A stretch of 64,000 bases of DNA from a bacterium (GTDB lineage: Bacteria > Myxococcota_A > Bradymonadia > UBA7976 > UBA1532), in contig JAUHXC010000011.1 in NCBI GenBank assembly GCA_030427205.1, forward strand, positions 108,016-172,015. The letters run 5' to 3'. Positions 11,404 to 26,090 of this stretch are shown here, one piece after another. The notes under the pieces were generated by a model. That model worked only from the letters and a program-made list of their open reading frames with translations, did not search any database and was not told the origin of the DNA. Position numbers and translations under genes: made by a program. Each line of letters begins with the position of its first letter. The first letter of the stretch is position 1.

Positions 11404-12525
11404 ATGGATCCCGCACTGCGCAACCGCGCGGCCTGCCTCGCGCCGCTGCTCATCGCCCTGCCCCTCGCGCTCGGCGGCCTCGTCGATCCGCTGGCCCTGC
11501 CGGTGCTCGGCGGCCTGAGCCTCGGCTTCGCCCTGCGCCCGGTCGGCGGCGTCGACCTCGCGCTGTGTCTGGCCGGCGCGCTGGTGCTCGGCGGCTCGGC
11601 GCTGCCGGCTCAGCTGATCGGCGCCGCCGCGCTGCTGGTCATCGGCGCGGCGGGCTGCGCGCGCCCCGTCGGCGCGGCGGCCCTGCTGGGCGGCGTGGCC
11701 CTGGGGGCGGCGGTCGCGCTCGATCCGGACGGCCCGGCGAGCGTGCTGCTGCAGCTGCGGCTGCTGGCGCTGGCCGGCGGCGGCGGGCTGCTGGCGGTGC
11801 TCGCGCTCGGCTTCACGCCGGCCCCGCACGCCAACCTCGTCGCCCGGCGGGCGGCCGCCGTCGCCGCGGCGGTCGGCCTCTTCTGCCTCTGCCGCCACGC
11901 CGCGGTCGCGTGGCCCGACGGGTGGCGCCTGACGAGCCCCTATCTGCTGTGGGCCGGGCCGGCGCTGGCCGCGCTGGCGATCGGCGCGCGGGGGCGGCTC
12001 GCGGTGGCGGCCGGGCCCGCCGGGGCGGCGCTGCTCGGGGCCCTCAGCGGCACCGCGCTCGGCGTGCACGGCGCGGCCTGGGCCCTGGCGGGTCTCGGGC
12101 TCGCCGCCGGGCTGGCCGACGTGCAGGGCCGCCTCGATCGCTGGACCGCCGCGCTCGTAGCCGGGTTGCCCGTCGGCCTGCCCGCGGCGGCGGCCGGCGT
12201 GGCGTTGTGGGCCGCCGCCACCGCCGTGCACCCCGCGCCGCTGCGTTTCGCTGCGCTGCTCACCGGCGGTCTGATCCTGATCGGGGCCGCGTCGACGCTG
12301 TGGACCAGCACCGAGACGACCCGCACCGGGCGTCGGCTGGCCGTCGGGCTGATGCTGCTGGGCCCGCTGTTCATCGCCGCCCACCCGCCGACCGCCGGCG
12401 CCGAGCACGCGGCCCGGCAGATCGACGGCCACCGGCTGCCCATCGACGACATGCGCGGCTGGCGCCGGCTGTCGCGACTCGACGCGCCGCCGCCGCCCGC
12501 GCCGCCCGACGCGGGCGTACCGTGA
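11404..12525 (+). CDS. hypothetical polytopic membrane protein (Ala/Leu/Gly-rich)
   Basis: It has many hydrophobic segments and G/C at nearly every third codon position in this frame. It fills an otherwise empty 1.2-kb gap. No homology is recognised. Confidence 0.5.
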   Translation: MDPALRNRAACLAPLLIALPLALGGLVDPLALPVLGGLSLGFALRPVGGVDLALCLAGALVLGGSALPAQLIGAAALLVIGAAGCARPVGAAALLGGVALGAAVALDPDGPASVLLQLRLLALAGGGGLLAVLALGFTPAPHANLVARRAAAVAAAVGLFCLCRHAAVAWPDGWRLTSPYLLWAGPALAALAIGARGRLAVAAGPAGAALLGALSGTALGVHGAAWALAGLGLAAGLADVQGRLDRWTAALVAGLPVGLPAAAAGVALWAAATAVHPAPLRFAALLTGGLILIGAASTLWTSTETTRTGRRLAVGLMLLGPLFIAAHPPTAGAEHAARQIDGHRLPIDDMRGWRRLSRLDAPPPPAPPDAGVP

Positions 12526-12539
12526 CGGATCGGCCCCCG

Positions 12540-13184
12540 TCAGCCGTCTTCGTCGTCCGCCGCCGGCAGCTGACCGGTGCGCCGCGCCCGCTCGAGCGGG
12601 TCGGAGATCGTCTCCAGCGGCGCGTCGGGCGCGGTATCGGCCCCGCCGCGATCGGCCAGCTCATCGGTGGCTCTGATCAACCAGCGGCGCGGCATCAACG
12701 CGTGCACGAAGAGGGTGATCGCGCTGGCCAGATGCAGCAGCGCCGCGACGTGGAAGCCTTCGGATGCGGGCACCCGCAGCACCTCGCCCCGCCGCAGCAC
12801 CTCGTGGGCCTGCGCCCGGTCTTCCCACAGGGTCGCCGAGATACCCAGCCCCAGCAGCAGCACCAGCAGCACCACCACCCGACCCAGCGAGCGGCCGTGG
12901 TAGTAGTTGAAGAAATAGCCCCGCAGGAAGACCGCCAGGCAGAGGTAGAGCCCCAGGGGCATCTGCCAGTCCGGCGCGCCGCGGCCGCGCATCGCGACGA
13001 CGACCAGCGTCGCGGCCACCGACAGCAGCGTCACGCACACCAGGTTGGCCGGGTCGAAGAACGTCCAGCCGAACAGCCCCTCGATGCCGCGCGGTCCGAT
13101 GCGGCGGATGATGCGCTGCGAGAGCGTATCGCGGTTGTCGACCGGCGCAGGGCTCTGCGCGGCGGGCGGGTGGTCGTCGGCCAT
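12540..13184 (-). CDS. hypothetical 4-TM membrane protein
   Basis: The codon usage is clean, about four hydrophobic helices are predicted, and the C-terminus is acidic. Confidence 0.6.
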   Translation of the reverse strand: MADDHPPAAQSPAPVDNRDTLSQRIIRRIGPRGIEGLFGWTFFDPANLVCVTLLSVAATLVVVAMRGRGAPDWQMPLGLYLCLAVFLRGYFFNYYHGRSLGRVVVLLVLLLGLGISATLWEDRAQAHEVLRRGEVLRVPASEGFHVAALLHLASAITLFVHALMPRRWLIRATDELADRGGADTAPDAPLETISDPLERARRTGQLPAADDEDG

Positions 13185-13228
13185 CGCCGCAGGATGCCCG
13201 AACGGGCCGGCCAGCGTCGAGTACGCCC

Positions 13229-14197
13229 GTGAGCGCCGACCCGACGCCGACGACGCCGCCGGCCCGCGCGCTGCTCGTGGGGCTGCTCGCGGCGACGCTG
13301 CCGGCGCTCTACACCGGCATCGCCCACGGGCTCTCGGCCGATCCGCTGCTGCGGGTCTGGCTGGCGGGCGGCGTGGTGCCCGGGCGCATGCTCGCCGAGC
13401 CCTGGCGGCTGGTCACCGCGCCGCTGCTGCACCTCGACGCGGCGCATCTGGCGGTCAACGGCATCCTGCTGATCATTCTGGGCGCCGCGAGCGCGGCCCG
13501 CCTGGGGCCGCTACGCGCCGCGCTGCTGGCCGTCTTCTCCGCGTGGATCGGATGTACCGCCTCGGCGCTGTCGGCCCAGGGATGGGCCGCTGGGGCCTCT
13601 GGCGCGGTTTTTGGACTGCTGGGCGCGCTCACGGTGCAGCTGCTGCGCGACCGGCGGCGGGGGGCGATCTGGCTGGCGCTGCTGGCGGGCTCGCTGTGGT
13701 GGGCGGTGCCGGCGGACAAGGCGGCCCACATGGGCGGATTGCTGGGCGGCGCGCTGCTGGTGCTCGTGCCGCTCGCCGGCCGGCCGGCCCGGATCGTCGG
13801 CGGTCTCGTCGCCGCGGCGGCCCTCGCCGGGCTGATCGGGGTCGTGCATCACGCGGTCACCGCCGACGCCGTGCCCACCCGCTGGGTCGAGCGCGACGGC
13901 CTCGCGGTGCCGGCGGGCTGGACGCCCGGCGTGCCCATCCCGCCCTGCGCCACCGCCTGGACCGACGGCCTCTCGACCCTCTGCCTCACACCCCAAGCCC
14001 CGGCCCCGCAGGCGCCGGCCCCGGAGACCCCGACCCCGCTGCCCGGGGTGGTGGCCCACCCGCTGCCCGACGGCCGCCACCTGCTGACGCACGCGGTCTC
14101 CGACGCCGCCCGGGCGCTGCGCGCGCCGCTCTTCGCCGCCGCCCGTCAGCGAATGAAGATCGACGCCCCGGCCCCGTCGGCGGGCCCGCGCAACTGA
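13229..14197 (+). CDS. rhomboid family intramembrane serine protease
   Basis: GASGAVFGLLGA (GxSG serine motif) and a downstream AHMGGLLGG (catalytic His helix). The TM-rich core is followed by a Pro-rich C-terminal extension. Confidence 0.8.
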   Translation: MSADPTPTTPPARALLVGLLAATLPALYTGIAHGLSADPLLRVWLAGGVVPGRMLAEPWRLVTAPLLHLDAAHLAVNGILLIILGAASAARLGPLRAALLAVFSAWIGCTASALSAQGWAAGASGAVFGLLGALTVQLLRDRRRGAIWLALLAGSLWWAVPADKAAHMGGLLGGALLVLVPLAGRPARIVGGLVAAAALAGLIGVVHHAVTADAVPTRWVERDGLAVPAGWTPGVPIPPCATAWTDGLSTLCLTPQAPAPQAPAPETPTPLPGVVAHPLPDGRHLLTHAVSDAARALRAPLFAAARQRMKIDAPAPSAGPRN

Positions 14198-14305
14198 CAC
14201 GGCCCCGCCGGCGCCCGTCGGTTGTAGCGCTTCGTCGCCCTCGGGGGCATACTGCCGGCGGGACAATTGCGGCGCGTCGTCGCGACGCGTCGGGGAGGAT
14301 GATCG

Positions 14306-15043
14306 ATGTTCCTGCGCAAGATGATCGTGGGTGCCATGATGCTGGGCCTGTGCGGCCTGCCTTTGACCGCGGCGGTCGCCGATCCGGGCGGCAAGTCGAA
14401 GACCAAGAGCAGCGCTTCGAAGACCAAGAGCAGCGCTTCGAAGAGCAAGGCCAAGGCCAAGGCCAAACCCCGCAAGCGGGTGGTTCGCAAGAAGGCGGCG
14501 ACCGCCAAGGACGCCAAGAAGGCGCTGCGAGAGACCAACATGGTGCTCGCCGAGGCCCGCAAGGCGGTGAAGGCGTCGGGCAAGGGCCAGACCGAGCTGC
14601 GCGAGGCCATCGTCAACCAGAAGGCCGCCCGCTCGGCGCTGCGCTCGGGCAAGTACAAGGTCGCGGTTCACCTGACCGAGCAGGTGCGGGTCGCCGCGGC
14701 GGCCACCATCGCCATCACCAAGGGTGAGGCCGCGCCCGCCGCCGACGCCCCGGCCGCCGCCGCGCCCGCCGCTGACGCTCCGGCCGCCGACGCCCCGGCC
14801 GCCGACGCGCCCGCCGAGCCGGCGCCGGCCGTCGCCGCCGCCGAGGCCAAGGCCGCCGAAGCCGAAGCCGCCGCCGAGGCCGCCGAAGCCGAAGCCGCCG
14901 AAGCCGAAGCCGAAGCCGCCGCCGCCGCCGCCGAGGCCGAGAAGCTCGCCGCCGAGGCCAAGGCCTTCCTCGACGAGGCCGACAAGGCCACCCCGCCCGC
15001 CGAGAACGTCGCCGACGAGCCCGACGAGGGCGACGCCGACTGA
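14306..15043 (+). CDS. secreted low-complexity protein (Lys/Ser-rich then Ala/Glu/Pro-rich)
   Basis: A strong Shine-Dalgarno GGGGAGGA is followed by a signal peptide. The body is built from (PAADA)n and (AEAEA)n tracts. Confidence 0.65.
   Translation: MFLRKMIVGAMMLGLCGLPLTAAVADPGGKSKTKSSASKTKSSASKSKAKAKAKPRKRVVRKKAATAKDAKKALRETNMVLAEARKAVKASGKGQTELREAIVNQKAARSALRSGKYKVAVHLTEQVRVAAAATIAITKGEAAPAADAPAAAAPAADAPAADAPAADAPAEPAPAVAAAEAKAAEAEAAAEAAEAEAAEAEAEAAAAAAEAEKLAAEAKAFLDEADKATPPAENVADEPDEGDAD
14741..14940 (+). repeat. two in-frame simple-sequence repeat tracts, (GCCGACGCCCCGGCC)~5 and (GCCGAAGCC)~9
   Basis: Read directly from the sequence. They encode PAADAPAADAPAADA and AEAEAAEAEAEA inside the CDS 14306..15043. 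Confidence 0.8.
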
Positions 15044-15178
15044 CGGCCGCCGCCCGCGCCGATCGTGCGCGATCGGCGACGCCCGCCCCCCGCACGGCAT
15101 CCCTCGAATACGCGCGGCGACCGACGCTTGCGTCGGCGCCGCCCGTCCGGCCATCCTGTGCCCCTCCGAGGAGCCGCC

Positions 15179-15607
15179 ATGAAGCACGCACTCGCCCTCT
15201 GCGCCCTCGCCGGGCTCCTGCTGCCCGCCTGCGGTGAAGAAGAGCCCGCCGTCGAGGACGCGCCGCTGACCTCCGTCGTCGGCGCCGGCTCGTCGGGCGA
15301 GGTCTTCGCCCTGACCATCGACGACGCGATCCCCGACCCGCCGATCCGGGGCGACGTCAACGCGTGGTCGTTCAGCCTGACCCGCGACGGCGAGCCGATG
15401 ACCGGCTGCACCTTCGAGATCGAGCCGACGATGCCCTCCCACGGCCACGGCACCAACCCCAACCCGAGCGCGACCGAGCTGGGTGAGGGGCGCTACGAGA
15501 TGCGCCCGCTCAACTTCATCATGCCCGGCGTCTGGCACGTCGCCGTGCGCCCGACCTGCGATACGCTCAGCGACGAGATCGTGCTGATCGTCGACATCGA
15601 GAGCTGA
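15179..15607 (+). CDS. small lipoprotein with HGHG motif (possible YtkA-like metal-binding fold)
   Basis: A GAGGAG Shine-Dalgarno precedes the ATG. The lipobox is LLPAC. It contains PSHGHGTNPNP and a second conserved Cys. The ORF opens at 15065, but its N-terminal region is Arg-rich and likely spurious. Confidence 0.55.
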   Translation: MKHALALCALAGLLLPACGEEEPAVEDAPLTSVVGAGSSGEVFALTIDDAIPDPPIRGDVNAWSFSLTRDGEPMTGCTFEIEPTMPSHGHGTNPNPSATELGEGRYEMRPLNFIMPGVWHVAVRPTCDTLSDEIVLIVDIES

Positions 15608-16826
15608 TGCGGTCCCCGCCGGGTCTCGACCCCGCCCCCCGCGACGTCTGGGCCCTCGAGCCGGGGCGCTTCCTCAACCACGGGTCGTTCGGCGCCTGCC
15701 CCCGGGACGTGCTCGCCTTGCAGGCCGAGCTGCGCGCCGAGATGGAAGGCCAGCCGGTGCGCTACTTCGTGCGCCGGCTCATGCCGCGCATCGACGACGC
15801 CCGGCAGGCCGTCGCCGCGTTCGTCGACGCCGATCCGGCGGGCTTCGCCTTCGTGCGCAACGCCAGCGAAGGGGTCAACGCGGTCCTGCGGTCGCTGCGC
15901 TTCGAACCGGGCGCTGAGATCCTGGTCACCGATCACGGCTACGGGGCATGCACCCACGCCGCGCGCTACGTGATCGAGCGGGCCGGCGGGCGGCTGGTCA
16001 CCGCGGCGCTGCCGTTCCCCGGTGCGACGCCCGACGGGATCGTGCAGGCGATCGTATCGGCGGTGACCCCGCGCACCCGGCTGGCGCTCGTCGACCACAT
16101 CACCAGCCCCACCGCGCTGGTGCTGCCCATCGCGCGCATCGTCGCCGCGCTGGCTGAGAAGGGGGTCGATACGCTGGTCGACGGGGCCCACGGGCCGGGC
16201 ATGCTGCCGGTGAGCGTGCGCGAGATCGACGCGGCGTATTACGTGGCCAACCTGCACAAGTGGTGCTGCGCGCCCAAAGGCGCCGGCTTCCTGGCGGTGC
16301 GGGCCGACCGCCGTACTGGGCTGCACCCGGCGATCATCAGCCATGGGCACCGCTTCCCGCTGGAGTACGCCGCCGGCCGCTCCCGCTTCCACCTCGAGTT
16401 CGACTGGACCGGCACCGCCGACGTCTCGCCCTGGCTCTGCGCGCCGCGGGCCATCGCGCAGGTCGGCGCGCTGCATCCCGACGGCTGGCCCGGCTGGTAC
16501 GCCCGCAATCGGGCGCTGGCGCTGTGGGGCCGCGACCGCCTGGCCGACGCCCTGGGGGTCGCGGCGCCGTGCACCGACGATCTGATCGGGCACATGGCCG
16601 CGCTGCCGCTGCCGCCGGCGAAGCACGGGCCGCCGAGCTCGCCGCTGTATACCAGCCCGCTGCAGGCGGTCCTCGAGACACAGCATCACGTCGAGGTGCC
16701 GATCGTGCCCTGGCCGCGCCATCCGCAGCGCCTCGTACGCGTCTCGGTGGCGCCGTATACCACCGCCGACGAGCTCAAGGCCCTCGCCCGGGCCCTGCCG
16801 CCGCTGCTGGCCGCCGAGGGCCGCTG

Positions 16827-16827
<1 letters not shown>
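15607..16827 (+). CDS. aminotransferase class V (isopenicillin-N-epimerase / cysteine-desulfurase-like)
   Basis: The PLP-lysine region NLHKWCCAPKGAGFL and the overall architecture fit class V aminotransferases. The stop overlaps the next gene's start in ATGA fashion. Confidence 0.85.
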
Positions 16828-17573
<746 letters not shown>

Positions 17574-17597
17574 AGCCGCGGCTCACTGCGCGGTGAC

Positions 17598-18755
17598 TCA
17601 CTTCGCCGCCGGCAGCTTGCCCTTGTGCTTGCCGTACCACGCCTTGGCGGCGGCCTTGCCCGCGGCGCGCGACGCCTTGCGATCGCGGCCCTGCACCTTG
17701 CACTCGAGCGGCGCGCCGATGCCGTCGGTGAGCCCGTCGATCGCCTGCAGCGCCACGTCGTCCACCCGGCCGCCGGTCTCCGCGCGGAAGCGGGCCTTGC
17801 CCGGCCGCCCGCTCAGGTCACGATAGCCGCCCACCTTGCGCAGGGCCGAGCCGTCGTCGTCGAGCAGCTTCATCAGCCCGTGCACCGCGGCCCGCTGCTT
17901 CAGCTCGCCGAGCAGCTCGGCGGCGGTGGCCCGCACGTAGGGTTCGGCGTCGCCGAGCGCCATGTTGAGCTGGCCGAGCAGCCGGGCGTCGGGCTTCTTG
18001 CCCGAGAGGGTCGTCGCCAGCCGCAGCGCCTCGCCGCGCACCGCCGGCTCGGGGTGCTTGGCCAGCCGGGCGGTCTCCCGCGCGAGTTCCTTGGCCTTGG
18101 GCATGCTGGCATAGGCCGAGCGGTTGAGGCGGAACAGCGCGCTGGCGATGACCGCCGGCTCCTTCGACTTGAGCAGCGGCATGATCGCGTCGATCACCCG
18201 CGCCTTGAGCGGCCCCTTGGTGGCCCGCGCGCGGCTGTAGGCCCGGATGTTGGTCACCGCGCCCAAGGCGGCGATCTGGTCGCCGGGGTTGGCGCTCTCG
18301 AAGAGCTTCAGCAGCGTATCGACCACAGCCGGATCGGGGTTCTTGGTGCCCAGGGGCAGCCGGGCCGCCCGCAGCGCCGCCCCGCGCACCGGGCCGTCGG
18401 CGTCGGTCAGCCGGACCCGGACGACCGCCACGTAGTCGTCGTTCATCACCGTGCGCTTGCTGCCCTTGCGCGGCGAAGAGCGCCACGTATAGCTCATCGC
18501 TCGCAGCGCCGCGGCGACGACGACCGGATCGGGGTGGTTGGCGGCCAGGTGCAAAAACGCCGGGCCGTTGGCCGCGTTGCGTTCGTCGGGGCCGGGGAAC
18601 CGCCCGTTGGTCACCCTGGCGGCGAGGGCGTCGGCGGTCTGGACCACGGCGGCGGCGGCCGGCTGCGACAGCGGGACCGGCGCCGGCTTGGCGCCGGCGG
18701 GCGCGGCGAGGGCCAGCGAGAGGGCGAGGACAGCGAACAATTCGAGGCCGCGCAT
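17598..18755 (-). CDS. secreted HEAT/ARM-repeat protein
   Basis: ATG 18755 follows an AAGGAG Shine-Dalgarno. A signal peptide is followed by repeated DP.VR..A...L units. The rest of ORF 17598..20678 is a frame-shifted shadow of clpA. Confidence 0.7.
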   Translation of the reverse strand: MRGLELFAVLALSLALAAPAGAKPAPVPLSQPAAAAVVQTADALAARVTNGRFPGPDERNAANGPAFLHLAANHPDPVVVAAALRAMSYTWRSSPRKGSKRTVMNDDYVAVVRVRLTDADGPVRGAALRAARLPLGTKNPDPAVVDTLLKLFESANPGDQIAALGAVTNIRAYSRARATKGPLKARVIDAIMPLLKSKEPAVIASALFRLNRSAYASMPKAKELARETARLAKHPEPAVRGEALRLATTLSGKKPDARLLGQLNMALGDAEPYVRATAAELLGELKQRAAVHGLMKLLDDDGSALRKVGGYRDLSGRPGKARFRAETGGRVDDVALQAIDGLTDGIGAPLECKVQGRDRKASRAAGKAAAKAWYGKHKGKLPAAK

Positions 18756-18862
18756 GGCGAGCTCCTTCGTCGAATCCGGTGAAGACGGGGCACCCATGGT
18801 GGGCAGGGCCCTGCGGGGTGTCAATCCTGTCGGTCGGGCCGGCCGACGGGGCGCGGTTCGAC

Positions 18863-21319
<2,457 letters not shown>

Positions 21320-21321
21320 GA

Positions 21322-21681
21322 TTACTCGTCCCCTTCCCGGCCCCCGTCTTCGGGCTCGATGGTCAGCTTGAGCGGCATCTCGTATTGCCGCGCGAGGCCT
21401 TCGACCTGGGTCTGCTTGGTGCGGGCCACGTCGTAGGTGTACACCCCTGCGATGCCTTTGCCCTTGGTGTGGATGTGCAGCATCAGGGTATTGGCCTCGG
21501 TGTGGCTCTTGTGGAAGTAGCGCATCAGCACCATCACCACGAAGTCGCGGGTGGTGTAGTCGTCGTTGTGGAAGATCACCCGATAGAGCGGCGGGCGCTT
21601 GGTGCGGCGACGGGTCAACAGCTGGGTCTGACCATCGCGGCGGGTGCCCTTGCGGGGCGGCTTCTTGTCGTCGTCACTCAA
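21322..21681 (-). CDS. clpS: ATP-dependent Clp protease adaptor ClpS
   Basis: LYRVIFHNDDYTTRDFVVMVL is the core ClpS motif. The gene lies 3 nt upstream of clpA. Confidence 0.9.
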   Translation of the reverse strand: MSDDDKKPPRKGTRRDGQTQLLTRRRTKRPPLYRVIFHNDDYTTRDFVVMVLMRYFHKSHTEANTLMLHIHTKGKGIAGVYTYDVARTKQTQVEGLARQYEMPLKLTIEPEDGGREGDE

Positions 21682-21754
21682 AGTGATCGTCCTCCGGGCC
21701 CGGCGATGTCTTCCGATGCCTCGGTCTGGCTCGCGGTCGCGGCGTCGCCCGCGT

Positions 21755-22855
21755 CTAGAAGGTGCCCACCAGCCCGGTGTGCAGCATATGGGCGTCGGGG
21801 AAGTCCGAGAATCGCCAGTACTCGTAGTTCAGCTTCATCTTGATGCCGGTGGTCGGCACGAGATTCAGCCCGGCCGTGCCCCGCAATATCGTGGAGTCGG
21901 TCGAGGGCAGCGCGGCGCCGAGCAGCAGCGGGCCCGCCCGGCGGAAGCCGTCGAAGCGGGCGAGCCACTCCACGATGCCCGACAGCGGGCCATCCACCTG
22001 CAGGTAGAAGCCCTCCCGCTGCACGAACAGGTCTCTGAGGCGCTGCTGGAACTGCTCGGGCGCGTCGGGGATGGCCGTGCGGCGGAACATCGCCTCGCCG
22101 CGCACGTTGAGCCGGCCGACGCGGGTGTAGAGGTCGACGCCGACCATCAGGAAGTCGAGCTCTTCGGCCTCGTCGTAGAAGCCCCACATCGCGCTCGCGC
22201 CCAGCGAGAGCCAGCGCCAGGCCTGAATGGGCAGCCGGGGGAACGCCAGGGTCAGCCGCCCGCCGACGGTGGGGCTCTGGTTGTTGTCGGCGTAGAAGAC
22301 CTGCCGGCTCTGCACGAAGTCGAGGTCGGCCACCGCCGCGCTGCCCTTGAGCCCCGAGACGGCGTAGGCGTTGTAGGCCAGCTCGACCTTCTCGCCGCGA
22401 AACGTGCCGAAGAGCTCGACGCCGTTGTCGGGATACGGCTCGGGCACGATGGCCAGGTTGAACTCGGCCCGGCGCAGCATGCGGCCCATCTCGTAGGGCA
22501 GCGGCTTGGTCGCCGAGCGGTGGTTGGCGGCGTCGTGGCGCAGGTAGAACTCGCCGAAGGGCACCGGGAAGCGCCCGAAGCGCACGTTGAACGCGTCGTC
22601 GACGAACCAGTCGACGTAGGCCATGTCGGCGGTGAAGTCGTGGCAGCCGTAGCAGATCTTGGCGCTGGCGCTGACGCTGTCGCCGACGTCGGCGACCACC
22701 TTGAGGGCCGCCTCGGCGTTGAGGCCCTTCATGGTGGCCCCCAGCGCGGCTTCTTCTTCCTCGTTGGCGGCGAAGAGCGTCGGGTGGTGCAGGTAGACGC
22801 TGCCGGCGACGTTGACGTCGCCGAGCAGCCCGGCGACGAGCAGGAGACCGATCAT
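21755..22855 (-). CDS. outer-membrane beta-barrel protein with N-terminal CxxCH (Cyc2-like fused monoheme cytochrome-porin candidate)
   Basis: A signal peptide is followed by CYGCH at about residue 67. Beyond that, alternating amphipathic strands end in HTGLVGTF, a terminal aromatic typical of beta-barrel OMPs. Its start overlaps the upstream gene's stop by 4 nt. Confidence 0.55.
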   Translation of the reverse strand: MIGLLLVAGLLGDVNVAGSVYLHHPTLFAANEEEEAALGATMKGLNAEAALKVVADVGDSVSASAKICYGCHDFTADMAYVDWFVDDAFNVRFGRFPVPFGEFYLRHDAANHRSATKPLPYEMGRMLRRAEFNLAIVPEPYPDNGVELFGTFRGEKVELAYNAYAVSGLKGSAAVADLDFVQSRQVFYADNNQSPTVGGRLTLAFPRLPIQAWRWLSLGASAMWGFYDEAEELDFLMVGVDLYTRVGRLNVRGEAMFRRTAIPDAPEQFQQRLRDLFVQREGFYLQVDGPLSGIVEWLARFDGFRRAGPLLLGAALPSTDSTILRGTAGLNLVPTTGIKMKLNYEYWRFSDFPDAHMLHTGLVGTF

Positions 22856-23160
22856 CGCTGCGCCTCCCGCCGATGGTGGTACTCGAGGAACTCGGCGATC
22901 GCCCGCTGGTCGGCCGCGTCGATGCCGGCCCCCGGGTGGCGCGCCATGCGCCGCACGTAGGCCTTCCAGCCGCCGTCGGCCACCCGGGCCTGGATCGGGC
23001 GCTCGAGGCCGTGGCAGCGGCTGCAGCGGGTCTCGAAGATCTCGTACTTCGCCTGCATCTCGGACGGATAGCCCGAGACGTCGAGGGTATTGGGCGCCCC
23101 GGCGCAGGCGGCGAGCGCGGCCGCCGCGAGGGCCACGAAGAACAGCGCGGCGCGCATCAT
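22852..23160 (-). CDS. small c-type cytochrome-like lipoprotein
   Basis: The lipobox is LAAC and there is a single canonical CSRCH heme motif. It is 102 aa long. Its ATGA overlaps on both sides. Confidence 0.6.
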   Translation of the reverse strand: MMRAALFFVALAAAALAACAGAPNTLDVSGYPSEMQAKYEIFETRCSRCHGLERPIQARVADGGWKAYVRRMARHPGAGIDAADQRAIAEFLEYHHRREAQR

Positions 23161-23650
23161 GGGCGGGCCCCTTCGGCGATCCAGTCGATGATGATCTGCT
23201 TGTTCTCGGCGGTCAGCGGCGAGCGCGAGAACGGCATGCGCGAGCCGAACGGCGGGTCGTCGCTGATCTTGCCCACCAGCAGGCTGGCGCAGGGGTCGCC
23301 GGGCACGATGTCGTCGCTGCCGCCGCGGCGGCCGCCGAGCAGGGCCGACTCGACGGTGCGCAGGTCGAGGCCGCCGATGGTCATGCCCGCGCCGCCCTCG
23401 TCGACGTGGCAGCTGCAGAAGCCGCGCAGCACGGTGCCGGTCACCTCGGCGAAGGTGACGTCGGTCTCGGGGTCGCTGTCGACGAGGTCGCAGGTCTCGC
23501 CCGGCTCGCCGTCGCCGCCGCCGTCGGGCACGATCGGCTCGAAGCCGGGCACGGGGATGCGGTCGGGGCCGACCTCCGGGTCCAGCTCGCCGCAGCCGAC
23601 CCCCAGCGCGAGCAGCGCGCAGGCGGCGACGAGGCCGCCGACAAAGCCCG

Positions 23651-23654
<4 letters not shown>
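23157..23654 (-). CDS. PSCyt1-like (Planctomycete-type cytochrome c domain) lipoprotein with variant CSCH motif
   Basis: GTG 23654 follows GGAGG with a 4-nt spacer. The lipobox is LGVGC. GFCSCHVDEGGAGMTIGGLDL...GDPCASLLVGKI...RMPF...IIDWIAEGA matches the PSCyt1 pattern. The Cys spacing is CxCH, not CxxCH. Confidence 0.6.
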
Positions 23655-25465
<1,811 letters not shown>

Positions 25466-25544
25466 GGCCGCAGGATACGGCCTCGCTGCCCGTTGGGCCA
25501 GCGCAGCCTGTCGCGGGGTGGACCGCGAACGGGCGAGGGGCGGA

Positions 25545-25694
25545 TCAGCGATCCAGGTCGGCGTCGGTGATGCGGTCGAGGGTGGCCTCGACCTCGGCGT
25601 CGATCGAGCCGATGGCGGTCGGCGCGGCGACGCTGAAGCCGGCGCCGATGAGGCCGAGGAGCAACGAGGCGGTGATGGCAGCGACCCAGCGCAT
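25545..25694 (-). CDS. small secreted peptide (49 aa), hypothetical
   Basis: ATG follows a GGAGA Shine-Dalgarno. A signal-peptide-like MRWVAAITASLLLGLIGAGFSVAAP is followed by an acidic tail. The gene lies 79 nt upstream of the kinase. Confidence 0.35.
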   Translation of the reverse strand: MRWVAAITASLLLGLIGAGFSVAAPTAIGSIDAEVEATLDRITDADLDR

Positions 25695-25803
25695 GATGTG
25701 TCTCCGGTGTCTGCGGTCTACACCCATACAGTTCGCAATCCACCCCAGCGGTCTTTCATGATTCGCCCGATTTACGTGCAAATGCGTATGCGGCGGGGGA
25801 GGG

Positions 25804-26076
25804 TCAGCCGCCGTCGACCGCGCAGCCGGCGTCACCCGCGTCGCCGCCGTCGGCGCAGAGCCCGCCGTCGCCGACGCCGGCGTCGCCCGGATCGCTATCG
25901 CCGGGCTCACCGTCGAAGGCCGTGCGCCCGTCGAGCTCGGCGTCGTCCACCTCGCGGCCGGGCGTGCCGCCGTCCCCCTGCCCGCCGCCTTCGTCGCGCA
26001 CCATGTCGCCCTTGCAGCCGGTCACGGCGGCGCTGGCGGCGAAGATCAGGGCGAGCAGAATCGATGCGCGGTTCAT
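25804..26076 (-). CDS. Gly/Asp-rich small lipoprotein, hypothetical
   Basis: ATG follows a GGGAG Shine-Dalgarno. The lipobox is AAVTGC. The protein is 90 aa, GD-rich, with two Cys. Confidence 0.45.
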   Translation of the reverse strand: MNRASILLALIFAASAAVTGCKGDMVRDEGGGQGDGGTPGREVDDAELDGRTAFDGEPGDSDPGDAGVGDGGLCADGGDAGDAGCAVDGG

Positions 26077-26090
26077 GGGCGGCTCCCGGT

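Noticed and set aside
8377-12432. 1351-aa minus-strand ORF
   Set aside because: It is Arg/Gly/Asp-rich with no domain. It is antisense to the SDR gene, to lipoprotein 8704..11352 and to a membrane protein, all of which have proper codon bias and signals.
13511-15538. 675-aa minus-strand ORF and 11565..13232 plus-strand ORF
   Set aside because: Arg/Gly-rich artefacts. They lie opposite the rhomboid gene, the Ala/Glu-rich protein and the membrane-protein genes.
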